A stretch of DNA of 63,651 nucleotides, filler included, from Octopus bimaculoides (GCF_001194135.2; 4 parts of 4 records of this genome joined end to end with filler, not necessarily neighbours in it); one strand, 5' to 3'. Counted from the first letter of the whole stretch, positions 23,270-37,789 are shown. Numbers and translations: made by a program. Notes: generated by a model not told the origin, from the letters alone.

Positions 23270-23643
23270 GTCGCAGGAGTGGCTGTGTGCTAAGAAGCTT
23301 GCTTACCAACAACATGATTCCCGGTCAGTCTCACTCTGTAGCACCTTCGGTAGGTGTCGTCTACTATAGCCTCGAGCCTTGTGAGTGGATTTGGTAGACG
23401 GAAACTGAAAGAAGCCCGTCGTATATATGTGTGCGTGTGCGTTCTGTGTTTGTCCCCCCAACATCGCTTGATAGCCGATGCTGGTGTGTTTATGTCCCCG
23501 TAATTTAGCGGTTCGGCAAAAGAGAGATAGAATGCCTACTAGGCTTACAAAGAATAAGTCCTGGGGTCGATTTGCTCGACTAAAGGCGGTGTTCCAACAT
23601 GGCTGCAATCAAACGACTGAAACAAATAAAAGAATAAAAGAAT
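23270..23643 (+). mobile_element. Full-length SINE family A (tRNA head + CORE-like domain + internal (TG)n + tail)
   Basis: gcaggagtggctgtgtgctaagaag..gcaccttcggtaggtgtcgtctactatagcc..ggaaactgaaagaagcccgtcg..aaataaaagaataaaag; many partial copies occur in the window. Confidence 0.85.
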
Positions 23644-24133
23644 ATATATANNNNNNNNNNNNNNNNNNNNNNNNNNNNNNNNNNNNNNNNNNNNNNNNNN
23701 NNNNNNNNNNNNNNNNNNNNNNNNNNNNNNNNNNNNNNNNNNNNNNNNNNNNNNNNNNNNNNNNNNNNNNNNTATATATATATATATATGCATAAATATG
23801 CATAAATACACCCACATATATTTATATATTTAAATACTGTATATTTCTCAATAATTATTTCAACAAATATATTTTTATATTATTTTTTTCTGTGCATTGA
23901 TTTGTACAAATACACACATTCAAAGACACATACATACACATACATACACATACATACACGCTCTCACACACATGATACTCTTACATACACGCGCACTTAC
24001 ACATATACTATTACACACATACACTCCTAGATACATTGTGCCAGTCTTTCTTAACGTAAGTATTGATCCATCTTCGTCAAACCCAAATCTTTTGTAGGTA
24101 TTGATACGATTCCAATAATTATCACCTGAGGAT

Positions 24134-24350
24134 GGCAGCGAGCCGGCAGAATCGTTAGCACGCCGGGCGAAATGCATAGCAGTATTTCGTTTGTCTTTAC
24201 GTTCTGAGTTCAAATTCCGCTGAAGTCGAATTTGCCTTTCATCCTTTCGGGGTCGATAAATTATGTACCAGTTGCGTACTAGGGTCGATCTAATCGACTG
24301 GCCCCTTCCCCCAAAACTTCGAGCCTTGTACCTAGAGTAGAAAAGATTAT
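24134..24350 (+). mobile_element. SINE family B (alternative tail)
   Basis: ggcagcgagccggcagaatcgttagcacgccgggcgaaatgc..gtcgaatttgcctttcatcctttcggggtcgataaattatgtacc..cctagagtagaaaagatt. Confidence 0.85.
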
Positions 24351-24837
24351 AACCTGAGGATTACAGTCATACGACAACGATCATGGTGCCTCTATGTGAC
24401 AACTGAATTCAAATCACTTTTCTTCAAATCACAACCTACTGTTTTTTTAATTAAAAAAAAAATTTAGCTGGAGCAACACATTAAATAATGTAGTCCTTGA
24501 AATACATATACACGAATTCATAGCAACAACAACAGCAACAATAATAATAGAAGGAATCCCGCTGTGCTCACCTGACCTGTTGGTAATGGCAGCTAAATTG
24601 TACTCAAATCGTACAAAAAGTGCTTTGGGAGAACGAAAGATACTTCAGATATTGTAGTTCTTGATACATTACTTTAAAAAAATTACAGGATGGCCATGGC
24701 TGGAAAACCATTGCTATAGATCTGCCTGTTTGCTAGACCAGTGGCTAAACGGCAATTACGATAGCAACAACTTGATAAACAATCTCATCAATCGGCGTTT
24801 TCTTTCAAGTATTGCAATATATTTCCCCATACATTTA

Positions 24838-24916
<79 letters not shown>

Positions 24917-25076
24917 CAATTGTAGTAATAGTAGTTATAGTAGTTTTAGAAGGAGTAGTATTTAAAATGTTGGTTTTACAATATCAACCAAACATTTATT
25001 ATCTAACGAAAATTTTCCACTTTCCACTGATCAAACTGTGTAAATAATTTTCAAATAGCCACAGACTTTGGCTGCT

Positions 25077-25133
<57 letters not shown>

Positions 25134-25233
25134 NNNNNNNNNNNNNNNNNNNNNNNNNNNNNNNNNNNNNNNNNNNNTTAATTAATTAANNNNNNNNNNN
25201 NNNNNNNNNNNNNNNNNNNNNNNNNNNNNNNNN

Positions 25234-25264
<31 letters not shown>

Positions 25265-26138
25265 ATATATAAGCATATTTATGCATATACATACATAGAA
25301 ATAAATTTGTGTACATTTTGTATTTGTTTCAGTCATTGAGGTGTCGCTATGCTGGAGCAACGCTTCGAAGAGTTTTAGACGAACGACTAAATATGTTTAA
25401 GCCTAAGAGTTATTCTATGGGCTCTGTTGCTAAAGCACTAGATAGCAGCAACGTAAGCAAACCAACACCGGTAATTAACTAGTTTTGGAACAAACACGAA
25501 CCTCCTCAGGCGTCTGGATATAGAATAACAGAATATGAGACAAACGGATGACGGTTTCTAATTTTTAGGCCTCCATTTGTCAACTAACCTCAGGTGCTGT
25601 TGGTCTGGAGGCGTTATCAGTTATTTTTTTTAGTTTTGGGGCGGAGGTACATGTAAAAGATGTAGGTAGCCAGCAACCGCCACCTAGAAGCTATAGTATG
25701 GTTTATTTAGCGACGTCTTTTCGTTGCATTTGTTGGTACACATGTCAGAGGAGAGTGCTGTCGCTGCTTAGTGGACAGCCTTTCCAAGGAATTAATCATA
25801 TTTGGTGATATCGGATAAAAAATTTGGTGATGTTCCATTGAATTGTCCGCATGGATAGGATCGTAGCTTATACAGGCAGCAGGGTACCCTGCCTTGAGTA
25901 TGGAGCAGTAGGCCTCAGGTGGTATATCTTGGATTGTTAGCTTTCAGTGACATGAAGTTTATTAAGAGTTGGCAGTGTCATAAATGAATCCGATAAAATG
26001 GCTTTGCTGTATTCAATTCGGTCCCCTGTGCTTTGAGTTCAAATCCCGCCAATGTAAGCTTTGCCACTCATCCTTTTGGAGTTTACAGCGTTATATAAAA
26101 TACCATTTTAGTAATTGGATGGATTCTTCTTCTTCCTT

Positions 26139-26176
<38 letters not shown>

Positions 26177-27110
26177 GGTGTGAGTCATTTGCATTCATAC
26201 CTAAAGAGGTTTAAAATAGCCAAGGCACAATACGTCACAACGTCGCCCCTGAGACTTCACCACAAGTTAGGCACTTACCTCTCTCTTTCCCCCTCTCTCT
26301 TTCCCCTTCACTCTTTCCCCCTCTCTCTTTCCCGTTTCTCTTTCCTCCTCTCTCTCCCCCTCTCTCTCTATTTGTGTGTGTGTGTGTATACATATGATCT
26401 AAACGTACATATTTATGTGCCTATCTCTCTCCCATTCACTCCCATAATACATACATACATAACATACCTACGTATAATGTATTTTATATTAAATGAAATG
26501 CCTGATGAATGACCAAGATAAAGAGTATAACTAACTAATGTAATATAATAGCTTTCTTTCGCGATCCATACATCACTACACACGATTGTACACGAAATCA
26601 CAATTTAAACATAACCAAGCACTAGATTCTCATGACAGATAATATCATATAAAAGGCAATATAGATGACGATTGCTTCGAGCTAAATGTACGAAACACCA
26701 CAGGTGATGAGGACGGACATAAATTTAGATATAAAGAGCAATTGCTAGGGCATTGAAATGGAAATTTTTGGTAATAAAAACACCGAAGACAATGTGATCC
26801 TGTAGTTCTCAGAACATAAACGTTACATACTCACACAGTGGGAAATACAAATATACAAGTTCGTATCGACACACAGGCTTCCACAAAAAAAAAAAGCGCT
26901 CAAGTACGCAGACACACATGTACACGCACACACACGGACACAGACACAAACACACAGACACACACACACACACACATACAAACACATACAAACACAAACA
27001 CACATTGTGTATATATCCACGTATGTGCGTGTGTGACCTAATGACTTCGTACATATATGGATATATAAAGATATGCATGAACTATGTACAAATGTATGTG
27101 TATCTATGTA

Positions 27111-27146
<36 letters not shown>

Positions 27147-27837
27147 NNNNNNNNNNNNNNNNNNNNNNNNNNNNNNNNNNNNNNNNNNNNNNNNNNNNNN
27201 NNNNNNNNNNNNNNNNNNNNNNNNNNNNNNNNNNNNNNNNNNNNNNNNNNNNNNNNNNNNNNNNNNNNNNNNNNNNNNNNNNNNNNNNNNNNNNNNNNNN
27301 NNNNNNNNNNNNNNNNNNNNNNNNNNNNNNNNNNNNNNNNNNNNNNNNNNNNNNNNNNNNNNNNNNNNNNNNNNNNNNNNTATATATATATATATATATA
27401 TGTATATATGTACACACACACCATATAAGCATGCATATACATATGTACTTATATAATGGATGTGGCTACAAGCATGTGTGTTTGAATTGTGTATACATAT
27501 ATGTGTGCATGTGTACTTAAAGTAGTGTGTTCATGTGAAAGCATGTATGTGTTTAAGTTACCTGTGATAAGAACACAGAAAACCGAAAGCAGATGGGGAG
27601 TATTCAGGAACCCATAGGTACTTAGTTGTGATAAACAGAATAGGCTTCTGTCAGTTACTAGACAAGTAATCGACAAAATACTGCAGTCTCACGCATGGCT
27701 TGTCTTGTTTCTGGTCAGTTAGACCATAGCGGTGGAATCTAGTGAGCGTGACTAAAAATTCCAGCCAAGGGAGAAACTAAAATAATTACGTAGTGGTATG
27801 TGTGTATGAGTGTGACTATAAGATATATATATATATA

Positions 27838-27993
27838 GGCGTGGCTGTGTAATAAGAAGCTTGCTTCCCAACCACATGGTTCCTGGTTCAGTCCCACTGT
27901 GTGGAAGGTTGGGCAAGTGTACTCTACTATAGCCTCAGCCCGACCAAAGCCTTGTGTGTGGATTTGGTAGATGGAAACTGAAAGAAGTCGGTC

Positions 27994-27996
<3 letters not shown>
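27838..27996 (+). mobile_element. SINE family A 5' half
   Basis: ggcgtggctgtgtaataagaagcttgcttcccaacc..ggttcagtccc..ttgggcaagtgtactctactatagcc. Confidence 0.85.
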
Positions 27997-28025
<29 letters not shown>

Positions 28026-29107
28026 TCACACAGTGGGAAATACAAATATACAAGTTCGCATCGACACACAGACTTCCATAAAATAGGGCTCAAGTATGCA
28101 AGCACGTCGTAAATATTCCCCCTTTCACTGAAAGAAATGTGCACATCAGGCCTTCATAACCAAACATAAAACATTCGTTTATGAGCGAAAAATGTCAGGA
28201 ATTTTGATGATGGTATTGCATTTTAAGCAAAGGTGCTAGTTCTACAATCTCTATAAGAGATGTAAGTAGTACCTCTACTGAAAATTAATGGTCGTTCTGC
28301 ATAGAAAAATGTTACTATTCTTTTCAACCTCAGGAGGACACCTTCTCCAGCTAGTGAACGATACAAAATCTGCGTCCAATATATTGTAAAGAAGGGATCG
28401 AACAATCCTATCTAGCAGTGTCCGGTTACCGTTAGATGGATTTTGTTTTACCAGCAATATTTTGTCTCATTGGAAAATAATAATTATATTCTTATGAAAC
28501 GATGAGGATCACTCTATCCCATCTAACTCCGCATGGATACATGAGTGTGTATGTGTATACATGTATGTATGAATGTGTAAGTATATATATATATTTACAC
28601 ATTAATATGTGTAACATTAATAAAATATATATATATATATTATTATATGTATTTATTTTCTCCTAGTTAATAATTAACTCGGACAAAAAAAATTGGTTAA
28701 TAGATACCAGGGTAGCAAAGATAACAAAATGACTGTGGTGCAAATCCTGTTTATGAGGTAGAAACTCCTTGTTATTTTGTGTACTTGAGTATATATAAAT
28801 TTAGTAAATGGAGTAAAACGCATATGTTAACTGAATACTTTTATTTCCAACATATGTTTCGAAGATTACAAATTATACCTTCCATAGGAATAGGTGATGT
28901 TGATAAGAATGTAATCTTCTCTTCGGGGAAATGCATGGGAACCAGCTTTAACGTAAGACATTTTAACCGAATATGAGAACTGTNNNNNNNNNNNNNNNNN
29001 NNNNNNNNNNNNNNNNNNNNNNNNNNNNNNNNNNNNNNNNNNNNNNNNNNNNNNNNNNNNNNNNNNNNNNNNNNNNNNNNNNNNNNNNNNNNTATATATA
29101 CACATAC

Positions 29108-29139
<32 letters not shown>

Positions 29140-29140
<1 letters not shown>

Positions 29141-29890
29141 TGTCTTTTCTGTTTTTAATTTCTTAGATTCTTTCTTTAAAGAAGGAGCTGATTTCTAGCA
29201 AAGATACAAAGTTCCATCGTTGGAATATAGGTAACGAAAACAATATCACAATTTAAACCTGATAAAAATCTTGCATTGTTTTACAGTTCCGCTTACAGAT
29301 TGTATTTGTAATCAGCGAGTAAGTTGGTTGATTTATTTTTCAGAAAATCTAAGCTAATCCAGACTTACAGCTAGTTATGTATTTACTGACAGAAGTGTAC
29401 CAATTATAACCGGTATAAATGTAAATTTGTAATCCGGATATAGAAGCTGATGGTTTCGAATCAGTTGTCGATAGTCATCTTCTTTCTCTTTCAAAGAGAT
29501 TTTTCACATCAGCAGGACGGCTGGCCTTTATGACGGTACATGCTTTTTCTTGTCAGTCCCAAACAACGATATCCGGCCTGTTATGCTTACACTCAACAGA
29601 TATTTTGATGGGAATGTTTCACCAATATTCTACGTGCTAGTATTTGTGTATGTATTCGATTACGGGGGAATTTTCTATATTTATTTTAGGACAGTCTTTT
29701 TATCCGGATGGCGTTGTAAATTGATTTTGTGATGACGCTTTGTCGCATGGGGAGGCAATCTGAGTTGTCTCTCATGCTTGTAAAGTGAAATGGGTTTGCG
29801 GATTCATAGTTTGTAAGATAACTTATATCGTTAGTGTTTGATTTTCTTCATAGGTATTCTAATTAAGCTTGGATAACGCTTAGATATCTA
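29140..29890 (-). mobile_element. R4/Dong-type LINE 3' fragment with restriction-like endonuclease
   Basis: Minus strand gives YW*NIPIK..CKHNRPDIVVWD (about 29556-29586) ..EKEDDYRQL..PDYKFTFIPVIIGTL..LQIQSVSGTVK..RFKL*, then a UTR ending at (CATA)n. Confidence 0.8.
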
Positions 29891-29920
29891 GTTTTGGTTA
29901 GAAAATTTTGTGGTGTGTGC

Positions 29921-29963
<43 letters not shown>

Positions 29964-30014
29964 GAGAGAGAAAGAGACAGAGAGAGAGAGAGATAGATAG
30001 ATAGATAGTTAGAT

Positions 30015-30071
<57 letters not shown>

Positions 30072-30553
30072 TTAATAGATAGATAGATAGATAGATCGCC
30101 TGTTATCATTTACCCCTCGGCTACGTCTATATGTATTCGAGCACGCGTAGCTGTGTGTTTGCGCAAAGCTATGTATGTGAAGGGCTAAATATAGACGTTA
30201 CTCCTGATCAGTTTAGAAGACATTATGCGTTAAAAGAACCACATAAATCAAGAAGACATTGGGAACTAATCTGCTGTGTTATCATGTTGCCGCCTTGTAT
30301 TTTGTTTCTGCGTTTGGATATTTTTACTTGAAGCAATAAAACTCTTCTCTTTTTATTGTTAATTATTTTTATGTCCTATTATCTAAAAGACAAATACTTT
30401 ACCGCAGAGAAACATTTCTTAAATGATCTTGTTCAATTGGTTCCCATTGAGTGCGTCTATGTGTGTGAGTGTGTATTTATGTGTGTATGTGTGTGAGTGT
30501 GTGTGTGCGGGAGAGAGAGAAACGGAGAGGTAAAGAGAGAGAGAGATATAGCT

Positions 30554-30593
<40 letters not shown>

Positions 30594-31171
30594 AGATATT
30601 TTATATGCCGCATTGGGGAAAAGAGTTATAGTATTTAAGAAAGCGACTCCATATCAAGTCATTGATTAAAAATAGAAAATATAAAAATATAAAGAAAATA
30701 AAACGAAGTTGCTTTTGAACACCTAAATAACCACTACACTATGCGAAAAGGTCACCAAAATTACATGTAACCAACTGGAAAATATACATACCCGATGGAC
30801 GGACATTGGCAACTAAAAAAGATTATTTATAAGGTTAAACGAAATTTCATTGCTAGATATTGCAGACGTCTGTTTTATCAATGAATGCACAGAAATCCGC
30901 ATCGCGGATAAAATAAAAGAAAGAAACCTCTTGTCTATCGCATGTTTTCTAAAAAGAATCATGGCTCGTGTTCAACATCGTGCATAACGTTCACAGTGAC
31001 GCCTCGGTCCTAATGACCTTATTAAGTAGTTTAAACATCTTGATTCCACTATACTTGAACAAAATAGTTACATATTACTAGGTTACATTTTGTATCCCTT
31101 TATATGTGTGTATCTGGTCTCGCAGCCGTCAAATTAAAAATAGAATGATTCGTTACTTGCGCCCTCTACAG

Positions 31172-33495
31172 CAGCCATGTCAAATTTCCGTCCCTTGCAA
31201 CAATTTCATCCGGCCCACGGCACCATTTTGATATCAGCATGAAATTGGTCCAAATGGCGGCATCAGCAAATAGAGTACTTTGCTACCCTCAGCAACACCC
31301 ATGATTTCTTGTTACAACTACATATACAGCAGGCCATTACATTATATATAGCACTGACTGCACTACATTTCTTACTAAGGGTGTCACCAAAGTAGCAATA
31401 ATTTAATACACGACAAGAAACAACACCACTGTAACTATTACACTCTGTCTGTACAAAAAAAAACACACATTAAAGAAACATGATAACACAGTCACAAGTT
31501 TTAATTTTAACTGCAACAAGGTATGCTGGGAAACGCTTCATTCGGTTCTCTAATCGCGTGTTGTGAAGTGCTAATGATGCAAAATCTACTAATCCCATAA
31601 TGCACCGCAACAGCCGCCTTACCGCTCTTTCGGGTGATCATTTTCACGTGCTGTCATTCAGTAGTAGTAACTATCTATATCAATGGCCAAGAGAAAAGTC
31701 GATGCTGAAAACAGATCCTTTCAAATCTGGTGGGAAACCGAGTTCGTGCTTACTGACATTGGTGGCAAACCCGTGTGTTTTAATTGTGGTGCTAATGGTG
31801 CTGTACTTAAAGAGTATAATCTCAAACACCACTACGAGACAAAACGACAGGGAAAGTATAAATACCTCACTGCTGAGCTGAAGCAACGAAAGGTAGAACT
31901 GTTGAAGAGGAATGTCACATTACAACAAACTTTTTTAACCAAAGCAAAATCACAAAGTGAAGCTGCTGTTAAAGCAAGTTTTATTGTAGCAGAGGAGATC
32001 GCAAAATCTGCCCGGCCATTTACCAAAGGAGAGTTTGTGAAGAGCTGCTGGATGATAATGTGTGACGTTTTGTGTCCAGACAAGAAGCAACTGTGTACTA
32101 ATGTGAATATTAGCAGAAATACGGTTGCTAATCGAGTGTGTGAGCTGGTCACTGATTTGAAAACACAGTTGATTGAAAAAGGAAAAAAAAATGTTGCATA
32201 CTCTCTTGCTGTAGATGAGACTACTGACATGATTCATACAGTAGGCTGACTATCTTCATCTGTGGAGTGGACTCCAATTTTTTCGTCATGGAGGAAATTC
32301 TGGACATTAAGTCGATGCTTGGGACAACAACAGGAAAGACCTTTTGAAAAAATATATCAGAGTGTAACCGACATGAAACTGTCTTGGGACAAACTTGTTG
32401 GAATTACAAGAGATGGAGCACCGGCAATATGCGGTGAAAAAAGTGGACAAGTAGGTAGGATATGTGTAAAGATAGAAGAAGAGAACTGCATTGGTGAGTT
32501 GACAACATATCCTGCATCATACACCAAGAAACGCTGTACGCTAAAGCCTTAAAAATGGAACATGTAATGAGCACTGTAACACAAACCGTAAACTTTTTCC
32601 GATCCAAAGGGTTAAATCACTGCCAATTTCAGTCTTTCCTGCGGAAAATACATTCAGAGATCGGTGACGTGCCTTATCATACGGAGGAGCAGTGGCTCAG
32701 TCGGGGAAAAGTTCTTAATATAGATTTAACTGGTTGAGGAGATATGTCAGTTCATGGACAGTAAAGGAAAAGAAACCAAATTTCTGCGGGAGGAAAAGTG
32801 GAAATTCGAGTTGGCGTTTCTGGTTGACATAACTGCGCATCTCAGTGTTTTAAACATCCAGCTCCAGGGACGGGATCGCATGATCTGTGATATGTATGAC
32901 GCAGTGAAGGCATTTCAAGCGAAGCTGCACTTTTGGGAGACACAAATACAAATGCACCAATTGAACTTGTCGCACTTACCCTGTTGCCAAGTAATGTTGA
33001 GCCAAGTCAGCGCCACATTGTTCCCAAAGCAACACTTGCTGATAAATTGAATGCGCTCCGCACTGAATTCTCACGGCATTTTAGTGACTTTGAAGTACAA
33101 AAAAATTATTTGGAGCTGCTTGGCAACCCATTTGCCGTCAATGTGGAAACTGCACCTGTACAGATTAAAATGGAGCTGATAGAAATGCAGTGTAATGGGA
33201 CATTAAAAGCAAAGTACGACTGTGTGGGGGCTGAACAGTTCACTCCCTTCATACCTGAAGCAATGCCCCAGATCCGTTTACATGCAGCTCGAACGCTGTC
33301 TTTGTTTGGAAGCACATATCTTTAATGCAAGTTATGTTAATTCATTTTGGGAATAAAATTATATACCATCTGTTTCAATACATGTTCATGTTCAAAAAGT
33401 CTTAGTCTATTCAATAAATGTTTATCCTGTTCGGCCCGCGACCTAAAGTGTGCTTTGAGTTTTGGCCCCCTGTGCGATTGAGTTCGACACCCCTG
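31172..33495 (+). mobile_element. hAT DNA transposon (Buster/Charlie group, SPIN/OC1-like)
   Basis: Imperfect TIRs CAGCCATGTCAAA (31172) and rc CAGGGGTGTCGAA (ending 33495). 8-bp TSD ctctacag (31164-31171) / ctctacgg (33496-33503). Internal transposase remnant. Confidence 0.9.
31683..33325 (+). pseudogene. hAT transposase (GTF2IRD2/Buster-like), frameshifted and C-terminally truncated
   Basis: MAKRKVDAENRSF..KPVCFNC..YNLKHHYETK (BED-like), RPFTKGEFVK, ISRNTV, YSLAVDETTD, TRDGAPAICG, WLSRG, LAFLVDITAHL..LQG, LFGSTYL, spread over five ORF pieces. Confidence 0.9.
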
Positions 33496-33727
33496 CTCTA
33501 CGGCTCCGGTCTCACATCCTCCGACATCCACCAACTCTAAAACTTAACGTGAACAGCATCTGTTTCCAATTTAGATATTCTATAAATAAAATAGATCAGA
33601 ACAGCTTATCGGGTCGAGGCTATAAAGTCTACTCACCATTGTCTGTACGGTGTAACTAGAGTGCAGTGCATTTAACCCTTGGTATCTATCCTGTTTCTGC
33701 TCTAGACATGTAGATAATATTCTGACG

Positions 33728-33768
33728 GTATATAGAGATTGCCTAGAGGGTAGGCAATCTCTATATAC
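33728..33768. repeat. Perfect 18-bp inverted repeat, 5-nt loop
   Basis: gtatatagagattgccta-gaggg-taggcaatctctatatac. Confidence 0.95.
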
Positions 33769-34402
33769 AACATCTATAGCGTAATTATTATGCATGCTCA
33801 ACAAAGTGAGAACATCATAGACATTTGAGTATTCCGACCAAGCTGGATCTCTTTCTTTCTCTGCTCAAGAGAAGAAATAACTTACTGCCAATGTCTACAA
33901 GACAACTACTTTTCCTATATGGCTATTTGTGTATTTCAGAAATCTTTACACACCAGAGCCGTGGCTGCCTACACACGGAATGATATAGTAATTATATGCA
34001 ATGAAGTAGGTGAAAGGGCCACCAACGGCAAACAGTCCAAAGTGTGTTAATGGATAACAGCTACCCAGATTCCTTTGTCACATACTTTCAACATCATTTG
34101 CTTTTTAAAACTGACAGAGCAACTTCTACTACTCGCGCAGCAATCTGCTCTAAGAAGAGATTGATTGTATAGCTGGCACACTGGGTCTTCCTTGAGAGAA
34201 TTTCAGACCGGAAACAGACCCATGCGCAGAAAAGATATTTATACATTAGTCAACTGACGTCAGTAATATGGAAATATGCTTACGGGTTTTAGTATCCGAT
34301 CTTACATGTCTACCATGATTCGTAAACTGCCAAGTCAAAGAGCGCGCGCAAACACACACGCACACACACACATGTATGTACATGCATATGTATGTGTGTG
34401 TG

Positions 34403-34451
<49 letters not shown>

Positions 34452-35365
34452 NNNNNNNNNNNNNNNNNNNNNNNNNNNNNNNNNNNNNNNNNNNNNNNNN
34501 NNNNNNNNNNNNNNNNNNNNNNNNNNNNNNNNNNNNNNNNNNNNNNNNNNNNNNNNNNNNNNNNNNNNNNNNNNNNNNNNNNNNNNNNNNNNNNNNNNNN
34601 NNNNNNNNNNNNNNNNNNNNNNNNNNNNNNNNNNNNNNNNNNNNNNNNNNNNNNNNNNNNNNNNNNNNNNNNNNNNNNNNNNNNNNNNNNNNNNNNNNNN
34701 NNNNNNNNNNNNNNNNNNNNNNNNNNNNNNNNNNNNNNNNNNNNNNNNNNNNNNNNNNNNNNNNNNNNNNNNNNNNNNNNNNNNNNNNNNNNNNNNNNNN
34801 NNNNNNNNNNNNNNNNNNNNNNNNNNNNNNNNNNNNNNNNNNNNNNNNNNNNNNNNNNNNNNNNNNNNNNNNNNNNNNNNNNNNNNNNNNNNNNNNNNNN
34901 NNNNNNNNNNNNNNNNNNNNNNNNNNNNNNNNNNNNNNNNNNNNNNNNNNNNNNNNNNNNNNNNNNNNNNNNNNNNNNNNNNNNNNNNNNNNNNNNNNNN
35001 NNNNNNNNNNNNNNNNNNNNNNNNNNNNNNNNNNNNNNNNNNNNNNNNNNNNNNNNNNNNNNNNNNNNNNNNNNNNNNNNNNNNNNNNNNNNNNNNNNNN
35101 NNNNNNNNNNNNNNNNNNNNNNNNNNNNNNNNNNNNNNNNNNNNNNNNNNNNNNNNNNNNNNNNNNNNNNNNNNNNNNNNNNNNNNNNNNNNNNNNNNNN
35201 NNNNNNNNNNNNNNNNNNNNNNNNNNNNNNNNNNNNNNNNNNNNNNNNNNNNNNNNNNNNNNNNNNNNNNNNNNNNNNNNNNNNNNNNNNNNNNNNNNNN
35301 NNNNNNNNNNNNNNNNNNNNNNNNNNNNNNNNNNNNNNNNNNNNNNNNNNNNNNNNNNNNNNNNN

Positions 35366-35414
<49 letters not shown>

Positions 35415-36152
35415 CATACATACATATAAATATAAAACCAGGTCCTTTCATTTTTTAAACTAATTTTATTGAGTCTGCCAATAAATTCTTGAGGCTATCA
35501 TTACCATACTTACCAAATTTACATTCCTCTTCTGTTCTATAATTTCTTTTCACATTACCTCATATACTTACGGGTTCGTTAAGTGATTTAAATATGGAAG
35601 TATTTTTAACATTTTGCTAATCAGAATTGTGGCATCGTAACTAACATCTCGAATATATATAGTATTTTGAACTCATCTAAGCAGTTCAGTGATAAGTGAT
35701 GCATAAAATATTCTGGATGGATGGAATATTGTAATAGTAGAAAGACTTTTTAGATTATTTTGAAAGAGAAAATGCTGTAATAAGTTCGCTTTGAATTTAG
35801 TATTCATTTCACTCGCGCGTATACACCTACACACATACACACAGCCACACACAGACACATACACACACACGCCCCTGTAGGTATGCATGTATGTATGTAT
35901 GTATGCATGCATGTATGTTTGTATGTATATATGTATATATATATGTGTGTGTGTGTGTATATATATATAATATATATATAATGCTAATATACTAAATTTA
36001 AAACTAATTTGACGAAAGTGCATTTTCACATACATACATACATACATACGTACATACACACATACATATACACGCATGCACACACATACACACACGCACG
36101 CGCACACACACACACGCACCTGTAGGTATTATGCATGTATATATGTATATTT

Positions 36153-36186
<34 letters not shown>

Positions 36187-36577
36187 ATATATATATATAT
36201 ATATATGAAGAATGCTAATATACTAAATTTACAGCTCATTTGGCGAAAGTTCATCTTCGCATACATACATACACACACATACACACACACAAACATAAAC
36301 TAATGAAGGTGGCTAGACGCAATATAAAACCAAAAAGGAACCAAAAAGGAAAAATTCAATGGTAGGTAATAGTGTTTGACAGTACAGAATATCACCCACA
36401 TTGCTTGATACAATAGTCAAAGACCCTTATAGCCACGAAAAGCACCAAGTCTATGTAGTCCCAGGGGAGAGATAAGCGCCCCACAGCGAGCGATGGGACT
36501 ATATTGGCAACCCATTTTCGCTAGTAATTGTTTCTGTCTGTGTGCGTGTGTGCGTCTGTGGGTGTGTGTGTTTTTGC

Positions 36578-36955
36578 ATGCTTAGCAGCATTTCGTCCAT
36601 TCTCACTTCCTAATTTCAAATTCCGCCGAGGTCGACTTTGCCTTTCATCATTTGGGGATCGATAAGATAAGTACCAGTGACGCATTGGGGTCGATGTAAT
36701 CGACTATACACTACTGTTTATATATTCTTTTATTCTTCTACTTGTTTCAGTCATTTTGATTATGGTCATGCTGAAGCACCGCATTAGGTCGAACAAATCA
36801 ACCCCTGGGCTTATTCTTTGAAAGTCTGGTACTTATTCTATCGGTCGCTTTCTTTGTAAGCATGATACATATTCTATCGGCCGCTTTTAACGAACAGCTG
36901 TGTTACGGGGACAACATCGGTTGTCAAACGATGATAAGGGGACAAACACAAAAGC
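36578..36955. mobile_element. Adjacent SINE fragments: family B (+, about 36578-36707) and family A tail (-, about 36720-36955)
   Basis: gaggtcgactttgcctttcatcat..ggggatcgataag and ctacttgtttcagtcattt..gttacggggac..gttgtcaaacgatg. Confidence 0.7.
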
Positions 36956-37789
36956 TTCTTACCACACAGCCATCATATCTTTGTGCGTGCGTGCGTGCGT
37001 GTGTGTGTGTGTGCATGCCTGTGTGTGCGCGCGCGCGTGTGTGTATGCATACATAAATACGCGGTAGAACTGCGTAAATTCTGAATGTTAATTCTGCTGC
37101 AGTTGGCTTTAACTTTTTTGCTTTTTGCACCCGATTTGTTATGCTCTACCCCACCCAACAAAAATCTATAGCCTTGTAATATACGAATGTTAAATGTCAT
37201 TTATAAGTGTTGTACAGTGGTGATAAATACCCGGCTGTTTCGATCGACGTTGCAACTGACTTTAACGAAATCTGTTCGATATTCTCATGTACCTATTGAT
37301 TTTACTTGTTCTTCTCGCATGTAATTGAAGCATAAGGTTGTTCACCACTTGGTCTTTTCTCTCAATATATTATTGAAATGCGAAACCCTTCTTAATGAAC
37401 CCCTGAGTCATTACCAATTGCCCAACGCTATAGTTATATCACGTTACAACCTCTAGCCTACAATTTCCAGTAGTTTTGCTTTAACATGGTTTGTATTGGA
37501 GGATCGGTTTAGTTCCTGATCACTCGGCTATGCAACAGTATGTATGTAGTTACATGGCACACACAGCAGTAAGATATATATGTATATGGATACTAAAATA
37601 CAAAAAAAAAGGGTTATTTTCTTTGTTTCTGTTTTGATTTTGTTTTTTTCGTATATTCCCATCTGAATTCTGATTGGGAATTCCTATGACAACGTTAATA
37701 AAAAGAACACTGTGTATTTTCCGAATGAATGTAGGACTGTATTTATATGTTTTTGAACAATTATTCAGTTTTATGTGAAGGCGCATGGC

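Noticed and set aside
24661-25047. 128-aa ORF with poly-Leu (apparent signal or TM segment)
   Set aside because: Poly-Leu is the (TTA)n microsatellite; no other coding signal.
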